From: Klebsormidium nitens
Lineage: Eukaryota; Plantae; Klebsormidiophyceae
Reading direction: 5' to 3'
Length of the DNA: 60,387 nucleotides
NCBI GenBank assembly: GCA_000708835.1
Contig: DF237467.1
Coordinates: forward strand, 5,770-66,156
Shown here: positions 60,048 through 60,387 of the stretch, piece after piece
Position numbering within the stretch: the stretch's first letter is position 1
Layout: every line of letters starts with the position of its first letter
Program-made: the position numbers and the translations under genes
The notes under the pieces: model-generated
What the model saw: the letters and a program-made list of their open reading frames with translations, nothing else
Told to the model about the DNA's origin: nothing
Databases searched by the model: none

Positions 60048-60326
60048 CATGATGCACATGCTTGAATGGATCCGTAAGCAATCGTCCCATTTGGCTCATG
60101 TAGTGGTCCCGGCTTGCATGGACGGTTGTGGCCGCCGCGCGATGTTTATTCGATCACATCACTAAGTCTGCCTGATTGTTGCATTAAGTTGGATGGTCTC
60201 TTTTCGAATTGAACACGCTGTGCATGAATTCATAGGCCATGCAGCATGCATGCATGCAGATCTTGAATGCGCACCCACCATCTGATGCACATGGAATCGT
60301 AGGAGCCTGCATGATGGCGTGTCATG
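60048..60326. promoter_or_regulatory. CATG / RY-element (CATGCATG) cluster
   Basis: Twelve CATG in 279 bp, including CATGCATGCATGCA at 60245-60258. No associated gene lies inside the window. Confidence 0.4.
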
Positions 60327-60387
60327 CCAGAATCCATCGGTGCCATATCGGCTCGGGTAATCGCTAAGCGAGCGACGCGTGTCACAA

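Noticed and set aside
1-60387. tRNA, rRNA, CRISPR arrays, prokaryotic operons and intact transposons
   Set aside because: No cloverleaf, rRNA signature, repeat-spacer array, or transposase/RT motif was seen. All genes are spliceosomal-intron-containing eukaryotic genes.

Overview
Eukaryotic, intron-rich nuclear DNA with GC3-rich exons and introns of about 100-1300 nt. Gene content and architecture suggest a streptophyte green alga, probably Klebsormidium-like (inference). I rebuilt eight spliced protein genes by hand, all with phase-consistent junctions and in-frame total length. (1) A 5'-incomplete BcsA-type (non-plant-CESA) cellulose-synthase-like GT2, apparently spliced in frame to an N-terminal ankyrin-repeat exon, with a long Ser/Pro/Arg tail (+853..9605). 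(2) A DCC-family DxxCxxC oxidoreductase (-). (3,4) Two tandem paralogous secreted cupredoxin-fold proteins lacking the Cys/His/Met copper loop (-). (5) An ENTH/epsin-like protein with a Cys-rich C-terminus (-). (6) A TPR protein with DLL-type motifs (-). (7) A 28-exon exportin-1/CRM1 with Val in place of the leptomycin-B-reactive Cys (+). (8) An RH3-like plastid DEAD-box/GUCT helicase without a zinc knuckle (+). I found no rRNA, tRNA, CRISPR array or recognisable transposon. The best candidates for novel biology are the ankyrin-GT2 fusion, the altered exportin NES groove and the copper-less cupredoxin pair. All exon models and family assignments come from manual reading and remembered motifs, not from database searches.
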